Source: Macrostomum lignano (lineage: Eukaryota). From it: a stretch of 64,000 bases of DNA. Shown piece by piece: positions 25,623-34,974 of the stretch. The notes beneath the pieces were generated by a model, which saw nothing but the letters and a program-made list of their open reading frames with translations, was not told the origin of the DNA and did not search any database. Numbering within the stretch: the stretch's first letter is position 1; each line of letters begins with the position of its first letter. Made by a program: the position numbers and the translations under genes. Where the stretch lies: assembly GCA_002269645.1 (NCBI GenBank), contig NIVC01000664.1, forward strand, positions 1 to 64,000, written 5' to 3'.

Positions 25623-26288
25623 AGCAGAGGACAAATCAATAGAGGCCGAGGAACTGTCGGAAGAGGAAGAGGAGCAGGAGTGAATGTGGTTGACGCGCAA
25701 AGTGCAGTCGGAGGAACAGATTCTGCGCATGAGTATGAGCAGACCGGTGGTAATGAGGAACTTCAGCTTCTTGAGTTCCCAGAAATTAACGTCATGGAAA
25801 TGAAACCTCGGACAGCGGAGCGATGGTCATGGAAGATAATTTTCCTTTTCGTCTTCATGCTTTTAAGCCTAGGAGGAGTTCGGGCCGAGACCGAGTTGCA
25901 AGGCTCTGCGTCGAATCAAATGACCTACGGACTAGTCTGTGACCGATCGGTCGGACAGCAGGTATTCCGATTTCCAGAAGAAATCACCTGTCCAGAATTA
26001 AAAAGGAACCAGAATAGTGCAGAGCACAATAACTTTACGATATTTAAGCCGAATACGCAAACATTCAATGGGAAAATGGTTGTATGTCATCGAGAAGAGA
26101 TTCGTGTCGAAGCAAAGTGGTGGGGAACAGTGATGAATATCCACCACAGCATTGTCTTCAAGGTTACACCCCATGAGGTTTTAAGTGAGAACTGCAAGCG
26201 ATGTTTGCGAAAGAGCCAATCACAGAGCCCGGAGTGGGATGGGTGGTTTGTGGTGGTTCGGTCGAGGGTATATAAGCCCCGAAATTGA
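25623..26288 (+). pseudogene. Truncated env-like glycoprotein resembling the rhabdovirus G N-terminal ectodomain, in frame with gag
   Basis: Hydrophobic signal WKIIFLFVFMLLSLGGVRA, then FPEEITCP..IFKPN..CH..KWWG..IHHSI..TP..ENCK; native sequence ends at ~26200, where Polinton sequence begins. Confidence 0.6.
26216..26276 (+). promoter_or_regulatory. CCAAT box (26216) and TATA box TATATAAG (26269) upstream of the PC4-like gene
   Basis: Canonical motifs at promoter-like spacing, ~105 bp upstream of ATG 26381; duplicated at ~38417-38477 on the minus strand. Confidence 0.6.
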
Positions 26289-26380
26289 CAAGAAAGAATT
26301 CTCAATTTTTCAAATCCAAAATTTCATCCGAACTTTTCCTCAGCTTTTAACTTTTGTGAGTTTTCAATTGCGAAAGGAAA

Positions 26381-27073
26381 ATGGACATCTGTGAAGGCTA
26401 TAAGGCACAAGTCCAGGAGTTTGAAGGACAAAAATTTATCGCTATTCGCAAGTTTTACCGACACGGCAGCACGGCAAGTCTGAAGCCAGGCGTCCCAGGA
26501 TTCAACCTGAATGTTCACCAATGGAAGAAATTGAAGGAGGTGAAACGCTCACTTGTGATTTCTGCACGCAACAACGAGCCCAAGGTCGTGAAACTCGGCT
26601 TCGATAAGTTTGTGGAAGTCAAAGGCGGCATCATTTGGCTCAAACGGCTGCCGGAAGATTGCTGCGAGGAGTTTTTGAGACGAAACGCCGTACCACTGAC
26701 TCCGCCGCTGTGGCAGAAGCTCTGGAAAATCGCCTCCTGGATCGACGGTCAGCTGGTGGCTCCCTTGAGGAACTCAATGCAGTACGAGCTGGAGTCTGAT
26801 GAGGAAGAGGAGGAAGAGGACAAGAAGCTCAAGTTGGAGGCTGACCAGGACACGAAGCCCATAATGGAGACTGATGAGGGCGAAGAGCATGCTGATGACG
26901 AGGACGTTAGCTCGCCCACAAGGCCGCGCATTGTGACTGAGCCTATCACATCCACACCGATACCTTCGGTTGATTCTGATGCTGGACTGCTTCCGCAGCG
27001 GGACAGCGGGACAACCTTGAGGAAGATCCGGTGTGGTATCAGTTCAGGGCGCATGCAGCGGCTTCGACGGTGA
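26381..27073 (+). CDS. PC4/Sub1-like ssDNA-binding / coactivator protein with acidic tail (230 aa)
   Basis: VQEFEGQKFIAIRKFY..LKPGVPGFNLNVHQWKKL matches the PC4 pattern V..F.G...vDIR..Y...kPg.kGi.L...qW..L; a second degenerate repeat follows. Confidence 0.75.
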   Translation: MDICEGYKAQVQEFEGQKFIAIRKFYRHGSTASLKPGVPGFNLNVHQWKKLKEVKRSLVISARNNEPKVVKLGFDKFVEVKGGIIWLKRLPEDCCEEFLRRNAVPLTPPLWQKLWKIASWIDGQLVAPLRNSMQYELESDEEEEEEDKKLKLEADQDTKPIMETDEGEEHADDEDVSSPTRPRIVTEPITSTPIPSVDSDAGLLPQRDSGTTLRKIRCGISSGRMQRLRR

Positions 27074-27485
27074 GCAGCAGCAGCAGGAAGCGAAAGCTGC
27101 CATTTCAACTTCGTCGGCAGGACGCGATGAGGCTGCCCAATGTTCGCTTTGATAACTGAACAGCTAGAATGCTTTGAATGCATTGGACTAACTAAATTAC
27201 TTTTAGCTTGCACATGATTATCCAGCCTATATCTGACGGCACTATGCTGTTTTTTATCTCTGCTATTTCTGAAATGCTGGTGTGCGAGTGTTTTAGTGTT
27301 CGTTTTTATGGATTGTTTGCTTTCGGAAAATACACCGACTGTTACGATGTTAGAGGTTTCAATCTGACAGTAATAAATTAATTTGCCACTCGTTTCTCTA
27401 TCATTTAATTGGAATATAAATTTCTACTTAAGAAAAAATACTGTACAGCTAGAGCAGGTGGATAGGCACGTATCTTGATAAACCC

Positions 27486-28554
27486 ATGATGGAGAAAATT
27501 TATTTGAAACCTGAGCAACCGGCTAGTTTTTCTTGTGCCTCAAAGTTGCTGCATGAAGTGAGGCAAAGAGGTGATCGAATATCTGCAAAGAGCATTGAGC
27601 AGTGGCTCAGCGAGCAGCCAGTGCACACTCTGCACAAGCCAGCTAGGAGGCGATATCCAAGGGCCCCAATCATAGTGCGCGCAATCGATGATCAGTGGGA
27701 ACTTGACTTAGTGGAAATGATTCCATTCGCAAAGCATAATAAAGGCTACAAATATATTCTCACATGGATTGACGTGCTCTCAAAATGTGCTTGGGCCAAG
27801 GCACTGAAAAAAAATCTGCTGCAGAAGTGAAGTCAGCATTCGAGAGCATACTGAGAAGTTCAAAGCGCCAGCCACGCACAGTTCGCACAGATCAGGGGAA
27901 GGAATTTATCAACTCTACTTTCCGTCAATACTGCATTGACAGAGGGATTCTGGCTTTCCCAACTAACAGCGAGCAGAAGGCGGCTGTCATTGAGCGATGG
28001 AATCGGACTCTGAAAAGTAGAATGTGGCGCTACTTCACCTACAAGAGCACACTGCACTGGCTTGATGTGCTGCCTAAGCTGGTAAAATCCTACAACAATA
28101 CCTACCACAGAAGCATCAAAATGGCACCCACTAGTGTCTGCAAAGAGAATGAATCTGAAGTGTGGATGAACCTGTACGATGGAAAAGCAGCCGAGACTCT
28201 AGAAAAATTAAAGAAGCCTAAGTTCGCTGAAAACCAGTCAGTGAGAATTTCCAATGCTCCACGGCTATTCAAAAAGGGATACAAAGCGAGCTGGAGTGAG
28301 GAAGTGTACACCGTGGTGAGCAGAGCCCCAAAACATTACCCTACATGTACAAGATTAAAGACATGCGGGGGCAAGAGATTCGAGGACTCTTCCATGAGCA
28401 CGAGCTGCAGGCTGTCCCGGACTCACAGCGGCTGTATGTGATTGAGAAGATCCTGAAAACGGAGAAGCGGAAGGGAAAGATTCGCTATCTGGTGAAGTGG
28501 GCCGGCTACGACTCGACTGGCTGGGTGGATGAAAAAGACTTAAGAAAGGTTTAG
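27486..28554 (+). CDS. Polinton retroviral-like (rve) integrase with C-terminal chromodomain; 2 frameshifts (~27810, ~28340)
   Basis: DDE motifs QWELDLVEM, RTDQGKEF and AVIERWNRTLK; YNNTYHRSIKMAP; chromodomain VIEKIL..RYLVKWAGY..WVDE. Confidence 0.92.
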
Positions 28555-28573
28555 CTTTGGCACATCCCTCATC

Positions 28574-29390
28574 ATGAAGTTTATCTTTATAATGCGAACT
28601 ATTTTGATTAACAGTGAGCATGCTGAAGGTACTCCTTGTGACTTTAATTTTTACCTGCCTTCACCTATTTACTTGGATCGAAATGTGGACTATGAGGCAG
28701 GTCTGGCTGAAATCCATCTGCCTGCTGCATGGTTCAATGTTGACGAGCCTTACTGCTTCACTGTCTCAGATGGAAGAGAGCATGAGGCCCTGGTTCTTCA
28801 ACCCGGACGCTTTGCTAGAGTGGAGGAGCTGGTGGAGCGCTGAATGAGCTGCTGGCCAACTCTGATTCGCTGTTCTTTGATGCAATGAGTGACAGGGAGT
28901 CTGAGATGGAGGCTGATGAGTCCGGCCTGATGGGGCGTAGTGGCAACAGGGAATTTGGTATGAAGTTCGAAATCCGCAACTCACGAACTGTGGTGCACAA
29001 CAACACTGCGAGAGCAGAGCTGTTTCTTCCATCTAGCAAAATTCTGCATTGGCTGGGATTTGGAAACCAGGCTGTGAAAATCCAGCCAGGGAGCCGCGTG
29101 TCCGAGCATTGCACTGGCTGCCCGCGCACCAGCTTAATCAATGTGCACTGCAGTATCGTTGAGTCAACTAATTGCAACTGGAGCTCCTTGTTGAGAACAG
29201 TTGGAATGAAAGCCGGCATTGAATGGGGCAACTATCAAACAAAAATATTTAAGAAAACAATATTCTTCCCGATTCAACGAATCAGTCTTCTCCACAGCAT
29301 TCGAGTTCAGCTCCGTGACATCTATGGAACAGACAGACTCACAGCCCTGTTCTGCTTACAGTTCAAATTCAGGAGAAACGCATTCAATGA
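28574..29390 (+). CDS. Minor capsid protein (penton), frameshifted
   Basis: FNFYLPSPIYLD..YEAGLAEIHLP..WFNV and C-terminal INVHCSIVE..LLRTV..IRVQLRD; position between INT and MCP. Confidence 0.75.
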
Positions 29391-29763
29391 ACTACCAGCA
29401 GCTAATCCAGCAATATTCGGGGGTGAGGACAGGACACGAAAAGCCTGCACTCTATGGCTGTGGGAGCTTCCCAGGGATCATGACATACCAGCCTCCGCCA
29501 GCGGCTATATCATCATCATCAGCCTCGACGCTTAGCAACGTCAGGCGCAAAAGAAATACTGAAGCAAGTCCGAAACGATTGAAGAAAAGAAGGGCACCCG
29601 AAAGGCAACTGGTGGAAATCGCAGTAAGAGGTCGAGCAAGGCTAGTGGGAAAAAGCTTAAGAATAGGAAGACGAAAGCAAAGAAGAATAGAGCAGGCGGA
29701 GGAAAGCGAAAGCAAAAAGTCAGCAAGAAAACTGTGAAACGCGTGCTCGACTCTCTGTCATAG
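29387..29763 (+). CDS. Small basic PZ-like core protein
   Basis: MNYQQLIQQYSG..GSFPG start and a K/R-rich C-terminus (alternative frame ..GGGKRKQK..); lies directly upstream of the MCP. Confidence 0.5.
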
Positions 29764-29765
29764 AC

Positions 29766-31044
29766 ATGGCTTACGGATTCAATCCCAGACTTGATTTATT
29801 TAAGACGCCCGTTCTACAAACCTGCATTGAAAAAGCTACTTATGTTGATATTCACCCAGTTAATTCCATTGTTGCAAACTCTCCCATTGAATTTGACTGC
29901 CACCAATCTGCCGATGAATATACAGATCTGCTAATTCTTTTCTTTATATTCGCTGCCGCCTTGTGAGACTGGATGGGGGTTGCTGAGGGAGGATGTTCGA
30001 GATGGAGATGGCATCATCACCGAGCGCAGAGACAGTGACGTGCACCCAGAAAATTTTGTTCTGTCTACAGTCTTCTCAGATGTAATTGTGAGCATTAACC
30101 AGCGAGTGGTGTCTGGTGGAGACCAGCTCTATCCCTACCATGCGTACTTCAAAGCACTAATGAGCTCATCTGATGCCCAGCAACTAAAACTTTACCCTGC
30201 TGGCTTCCTGGAGCCGAACTCGGCAGCTGAAGAGCACACGGAGAGCCACAGGGAATCCCATGGATGGAGTATGCGGGGCCGCTCTTCAGCGATGTTTTCC
30301 AGTGCCCAGTGTTTCTGCTAACAATCTGCACTTGCACATCAAACTGGTGCCCAGCGATGGGGCCTTTGCCATCAGAACCCCGAATGCAAACAACGCGGCA
30401 TACCGAATGGAAATCTCTCACAGCATTCTGCATCTTCGCCGAGTCAAAGTGGTGCCCCACATCAGCCTGGCCCATGAGCAGGGGCTGACAAACCAAAATG
30501 CACTGTATCCCATCGAGCGAACTGAAATGCAGAACTTCATCCTACCCCAGGGTATTCAGTCAAAAAACATTGAAGGATTCACTCATGGAAAATTGCCGAA
30601 GTTCATCATGCTGGCCTTCGTGAGCCACCGAGCATTCAACGGTCATCATCACGCGAGCCCGTTCCAGTTCCAGAGCTTCAACCTTAGCCGATTGGCTCTA
30701 AAGAAAGGTGGGGAAACCGTGTGCCACGGCGCCTTCACACCTGAAAACAATTCCTTTGTAAGAGAATACTTGCACTACCTGAAAAGCTGTCAATCTGCAA
30801 GCCACACAAACTCGGTTCCGTGGATCCCCTACCAGCTCTTCTCCAACAACAGCACGGTGTTTGCATTCGATCTCACACCAGAGGAGCGGCTCTGTGGTAC
30901 GGACAGAAGGAGGGCAACCTGCGGCTGGAGATTCGCTTCCAACAGGCTCTGAATGAAGCGGTGTCCCTGATTGCTATGTGCCTGTATGACTCGCTGATTG
31001 AGGTCACCAAGCACCGAGAGCTTTTGCTGGACTATTCATCTTAA
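29766..31044 (+). CDS. Major capsid protein (double jelly-roll), several 1-nt frameshifts
   Basis: LDLFKTP.LQT.IE..YVDIHP..PIEF..EYTDL; LPKFIMLAFV..AFNG..SPFQFQ.FNL; VFAFDLTP; GNLRLEIRF..L..YDS.IEV..RELLLDY. Confidence 0.88.
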
Positions 31045-31049
31045 TTGAC

Positions 31050-31562
31050 ATGGATGCAATTCAACTACTTAATCTCGCCAGAAAATTTTTGCCTTACCAA
31101 AAATTTCTCATAGTTACTTTACATTTGCGCTATAAAATTTCTCTGCCCTTGAATGTAAAAAGAAAATTTAGATCATCAATTTCCTTTGAAAACAAGTTTG
31201 TTTTTGTCCTACTTCAGCACAATGGCTCATTTGGTCACTGGGTGGTGTGCTATGTTGGGCAAGGAAATCGCATTGAGTTGTTCAACTCCCTCGGCTGGGA
31301 ACCTGAAATTTTATCTTTGGTTTATAATTTGTTTCGAGAGATTAAAACAACTGGCTTTTGTCTCCGAAGCAATATAAACAGATTTCAATGTGCTAACTCT
31401 AATAAATGCGGAATGTTTTGCATCTATTTTGCTTATCAAAAGTTTCTGTTCAATCGGTCATTTGAGGGGATTTTGAAGCATTTGCATGCTAATGAAAAAA
31501 ATCATTTGAATGATAGAATCTTACAGAGGTTTGAAGCCAACTTAAGAAAAAGATGTCCGTGA
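31050..31562 (+). CDS. Adenain-like maturation cysteine protease
   Basis: GHWV..ELFNSLG..FQ..S.KCGMFCIYF (His and Cys with oxyanion Gln; the usual Asp reads Asn). Confidence 0.85.
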   Translation: MDAIQLLNLARKFLPYQKFLIVTLHLRYKISLPLNVKRKFRSSISFENKFVFVLLQHNGSFGHWVVCYVGQGNRIELFNSLGWEPEILSLVYNLFREIKTTGFCLRSNINRFQCANSNKCGMFCIYFAYQKFLFNRSFEGILKHLHANEKNHLNDRILQRFEANLRKRCP

Positions 31563-32233
31563 TTTCTAATATTTATGCATTAAACATGGGAGAAAAGCAA
31601 GTTTGCTACGATATCCGCCTCAGGCAGGGAAGCTGCATGATTGTCTGCGGGCCCACCAATGCAGGAAAAACAACCTTTGTCAAACACCTGATCCAGTACA
31701 GAGACGTCATGTTTGATGTGAAGCCTGGCAGAGTTCTGTGGTACTATGGGATCTCACAGGCAGGCCATGCAGAACTGAGCAGCCTAGGTGTGCAGCTGCG
31801 CCAGGGATTTCCCACCAACATCGAGGCAGCACTTAGGCCCAATGACCTGGTTGTTTTCGATGACTTAATAGAGGAAACTTCAAACTCTGCTTCAATGCGA
31901 AATTTTTTCACAGGAATCGCACATCACTTGCCGTGCTTCTTGGTGATGCTGACTCAGAATATATTTTTCAAGGGAAAAGAGTCGCGAACAATGAGCTTGA
32001 ATGTAATGTATTTAGCTATCTTGAAAAACCCCAGAGACCAGCTGCAGATTGCAGCACTGGGCAGGCAGTGCTTTACAGAGAAGCCCGGCTTTCTGCTGTC
32101 AGTGTTCAAGCACGTGACCGCGCAGGGCAGGGGAGCCTACCTGTTCCTGGATTTTCATCCATCAACTCCCGATGAGCTGCGAGTGCGGGCCAGAATTTTA
32201 CCCAACCAGCGACCCCATCTTGTATTTGCTTAA
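31553..32233 (+). CDS. FtsK/A32-like genome packaging ATPase
   Basis: Walker A GPTNAGKT, Walker B LVVFDDL, FTG..HH, LTQNIF, RTMSLN..Y..KNPRD..QI..LGRQ. Confidence 0.93.
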   Translation: MSVISNIYALNMGEKQVCYDIRLRQGSCMIVCGPTNAGKTTFVKHLIQYRDVMFDVKPGRVLWYYGISQAGHAELSSLGVQLRQGFPTNIEAALRPNDLVVFDDLIEETSNSASMRNFFTGIAHHLPCFLVMLTQNIFFKGKESRTMSLNVMYLAILKNPRDQLQIAALGRQCFTEKPGFLLSVFKHVTAQGRGAYLFLDFHPSTPDELRVRARILPNQRPHLVFA

Positions 32234-32274
32234 GAAAGTGAAGCTTGTTTTTATCAGCTATTGTTTTCATCGCT

Positions 32275-32580
32275 ATGGAAGTGCTTGATTCATATGCAAG
32301 TCTGTTTGCGGTTCTTGCGTCACCTAAATATACCGTGCGCTTCAAGCGGCTGTTGATAAAAAATTGTCCAAAAGAAGTGCGTTATTTTCTTGTCGAGGCC
32401 TGCCATAATCTCTTACAAAACAATCTATCGTTTTCGCTCGATGAAAAAGCTGTTCTTGCAAAGTCAAAAGAGATAATTCGAAAAATTACTCACAAAAGAA
32501 GAAAGACAGACTTGTTGAAGGCTGGCTTCATCAAAATACTCCCGATTCTGCTTAAGCTGGTAAAGAAAAGAAGCAAAATG
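32275..32580 (+). CDS. Conserved small Polinton protein
   Basis: E.CHNLLQNNL.FS..EK..L.K.K.IIRKI pattern, typical of the ORF next to the Polinton ATPase. Confidence 0.55.
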
Positions 32581-33269
32581 AACAAATTTTCAGAAATGGT
32601 TCTGATTCCTAAAGCAGAGTATGAGATGTTGATGCAGAATTTGAAGCCAAATGAGAATACACTGAAGCTGACTTGAAGCAGGCTCAGAAGAAATGCGATG
32701 ACATCTTGTATGCCGAAGATTGTCCAGAAGATGTGAAAACCGCCATGTACCAAAGTGCAATGCAAAGTTTGCTGGCCAAGCGCAAGCACGCTGGAAAAGA
32801 AGGAGCACGCAATACTGAAGCCAAGTTGATGAAAACAGAGACACCCCAGATGAGCACCTGGGAAGAGAAGATCAGCAAGTCGGTGCCACAGAAATTCAAA
32901 ACCAGGGCTCGCAGTCTGTGGACGATCCTGTCCACCAATCCAGAGCTGATTCGAGTTTGTGAAAACGGGGAGGTGGAAATCGCAGGCACGTCAATCCCTT
33001 CCTCAAACATACTGGACTTGATTCAGCACACAGTGAGGGATTCGCCATGTGAGCGTGAACCAGTTGGGTGGAACGAGTTCATCGATTTTCTGCAGCAGAA
33101 AAAGCTTAATGTTCCGCTTTCCGCTATTGGTAAATCAGTTAAGAAGAAAATGGCAACCAGCAGAGGGGGTGAACTGGAGAAAGAACAGGAGAGTCTAGTC
33201 AAGGGGTACGGGAGCAACACAGCCTGGCTGAAACTGCCCGGAAGAAAAGTATATAAGAAGGTGGACTGA
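32578..33269 (+). CDS. Polinton PW-like conserved protein (frameshift at ~32665)
   Basis: MVLIP..Y start; ENGEV.I.G..IPSSNILDLI..P.GWNEF..L..NVP..IG. Confidence 0.7.
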
Positions 33270-33298
33270 CTCCGAAATTTTCGAAGGAAAGCTGCATC

Positions 33299-33733
33299 AT
33301 GAACTACATTGACTTCCAGGGATTCCCGTGCAACAGCACAAGCAAAAAATTTGTTGTGAAGGAGTTGGCAGTTGTTCAAATCAGAGCGGGGAGCTACCGC
33401 ATTGCTCACCATGTGTACGCACCTCCGTATCCATGGGAGAGAGTCTCACCTGACATGCGAGTTTACTACAGACAGCTATCTAAGAGTCTGCACCAGTTTA
33501 AGTGGAATGATGGAACCCGTCCGTACATGGAACTGGCGGAAGACATTCTGAGCATTGCCAGTGGTCCGATCTGGTCAAATGGGGAAAGGAAGTCGATTTT
33601 TCTGACTGAGCTGCTTGGAAGACAGGTTTATAACCTAGAAGATTTGGGAGCACCTTCGATTGAAGATTCAGATACTGGCTGTGCAGTGAGAAATTCATTG
33701 CTGCACTACAGTCGGCTTAAGCCAAAGTTCTGA
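33299..33733 (+). CDS. DEDD-fold exonuclease-like Polinton accessory protein
   Basis: IDFQGF..FVVKELA..APPYPW..HQFKWNDG..Y..NG.RK.IFL..VYNLEDLG.P; a CPWH motif follows in another frame. Confidence 0.6.
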   Translation: MNYIDFQGFPCNSTSKKFVVKELAVVQIRAGSYRIAHHVYAPPYPWERVSPDMRVYYRQLSKSLHQFKWNDGTRPYMELAEDILSIASGPIWSNGERKSIFLTELLGRQVYNLEDLGAPSIEDSDTGCAVRNSLLHYSRLKPKF

Positions 33734-33819
33734 AATCAACTTAAGAAGCGAGCAGTGTCCGTGGCACACGAGCAGTAAAGTTGGCAGAAGCAGATTTGGT
33801 GAAGAAGTTGACGATCGAA

Positions 33820-34393
33820 ATGAGCCCACCAGCTACAGCCCTAAGAGTGACCAATCTGGTTGGCGGAGTAGATCTGAGACTGGATGGTGGCAGGGGCGCC
33901 CCAGCTGCCTCTACGGGAACTGGCTCTCAGCATGGCTCATGTGATCTACCGGCCCGTCTGGCCCCGGGTGCTCATCAAGCGGATGCGGATTCCCAGAGTG
34001 ACTCTGTTACTCTACCCTACTGGGCAACTGAGCATCTGCGGTGCCAAGACCCACGCAGACGCCAAAAGGGCTGCCCGTCGCTTCGTGGCTATGCTGCATC
34101 GGAGAGTGCCGGCTCAACTGCTGCCTCATCAAACAATTTGTGTTCGAATTAAAACTATCACTGCTCATGGACAGCTCCCAGTTCATTCCGCACTTTCCTT
34201 ATTAATGTTAAAATCAATTATCCCAAACGCCGAATATGAACCAGAATCCTTTTCTGCTTTAATTTTCAATTTAAACTTTTGTAAATGTCTGCTTTTTCAC
34301 AGCGGCTCTTTTGTTCTCAGTGGAGCTCGGTCCTTGAATCAGTTGCATACCGATAGCATGCGTCTACTCAATGTAGTTCTTTCCATTGAATAA
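33820..34393 (+). CDS. TATA-box-binding protein (TBP)-like, ~190 aa after removing one G at ~33893
   Basis: Two TBP repeats: VTNLVGGVDL..LPLRELA..IYRP.WP.VLI.RMRIPRVTLLLYPTGQLSICGAK..AKRAARRF and NAEYEPESFSALIF..CLLFHSGSFVLSGARS. Confidence 0.85.
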
Positions 34394-34974
34394 AAATAAA
34401 AGTCAAGTCAAGCAATTTGCCGCAAATATTTCAATGATTAGTGAAAAGTGAATAAAAGGATAAACTTGGTATTCTTTACATTCATTTTCCCAGGCAGACA
34501 GCTATGGAACACTTCAAAAACGTATTTAGCCCATCACCAAAAGTATCGCAAAACGCATATCAAATCCGAAAGTAAACAATACTACCATCGTTATAACAAA
34601 CGATGTGCACCGAGAGAAGAGAAATAGAAAAGTGATAGAGAAAATTTGATTAAAACGCTGATTGAATTTACAGGAACAATTTATGTCAGATAAAAACCAA
34701 AAACACATTTTAAACAAGTAGTACACAAAGCAAAAAAAATGAATTAATATTGTATGAGCGCACTTGCCACAGCTTTATAAAAAGTAAAACTTAAATTGAT
34801 ATCAATATTTCACGCCGCAAAAACAAATTGACAGCTAAATCTAGCGCAATTAGCCAAGCATACAAATTTGTAAATGTTACTACATGCAAGTCACTACATT
34901 TTAAAACAGAATTTGGCAATTTAAACAACTCTAAAAGCAAGAAAAAGTACTAAACAGTCTGTTAAACACCCGCA

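Noticed and set aside
25357-25683. Acidic 108-aa ORF overlapping the gag end
   Set aside because: Alternative-frame shadow of the GGA/AGA-rich RG region.
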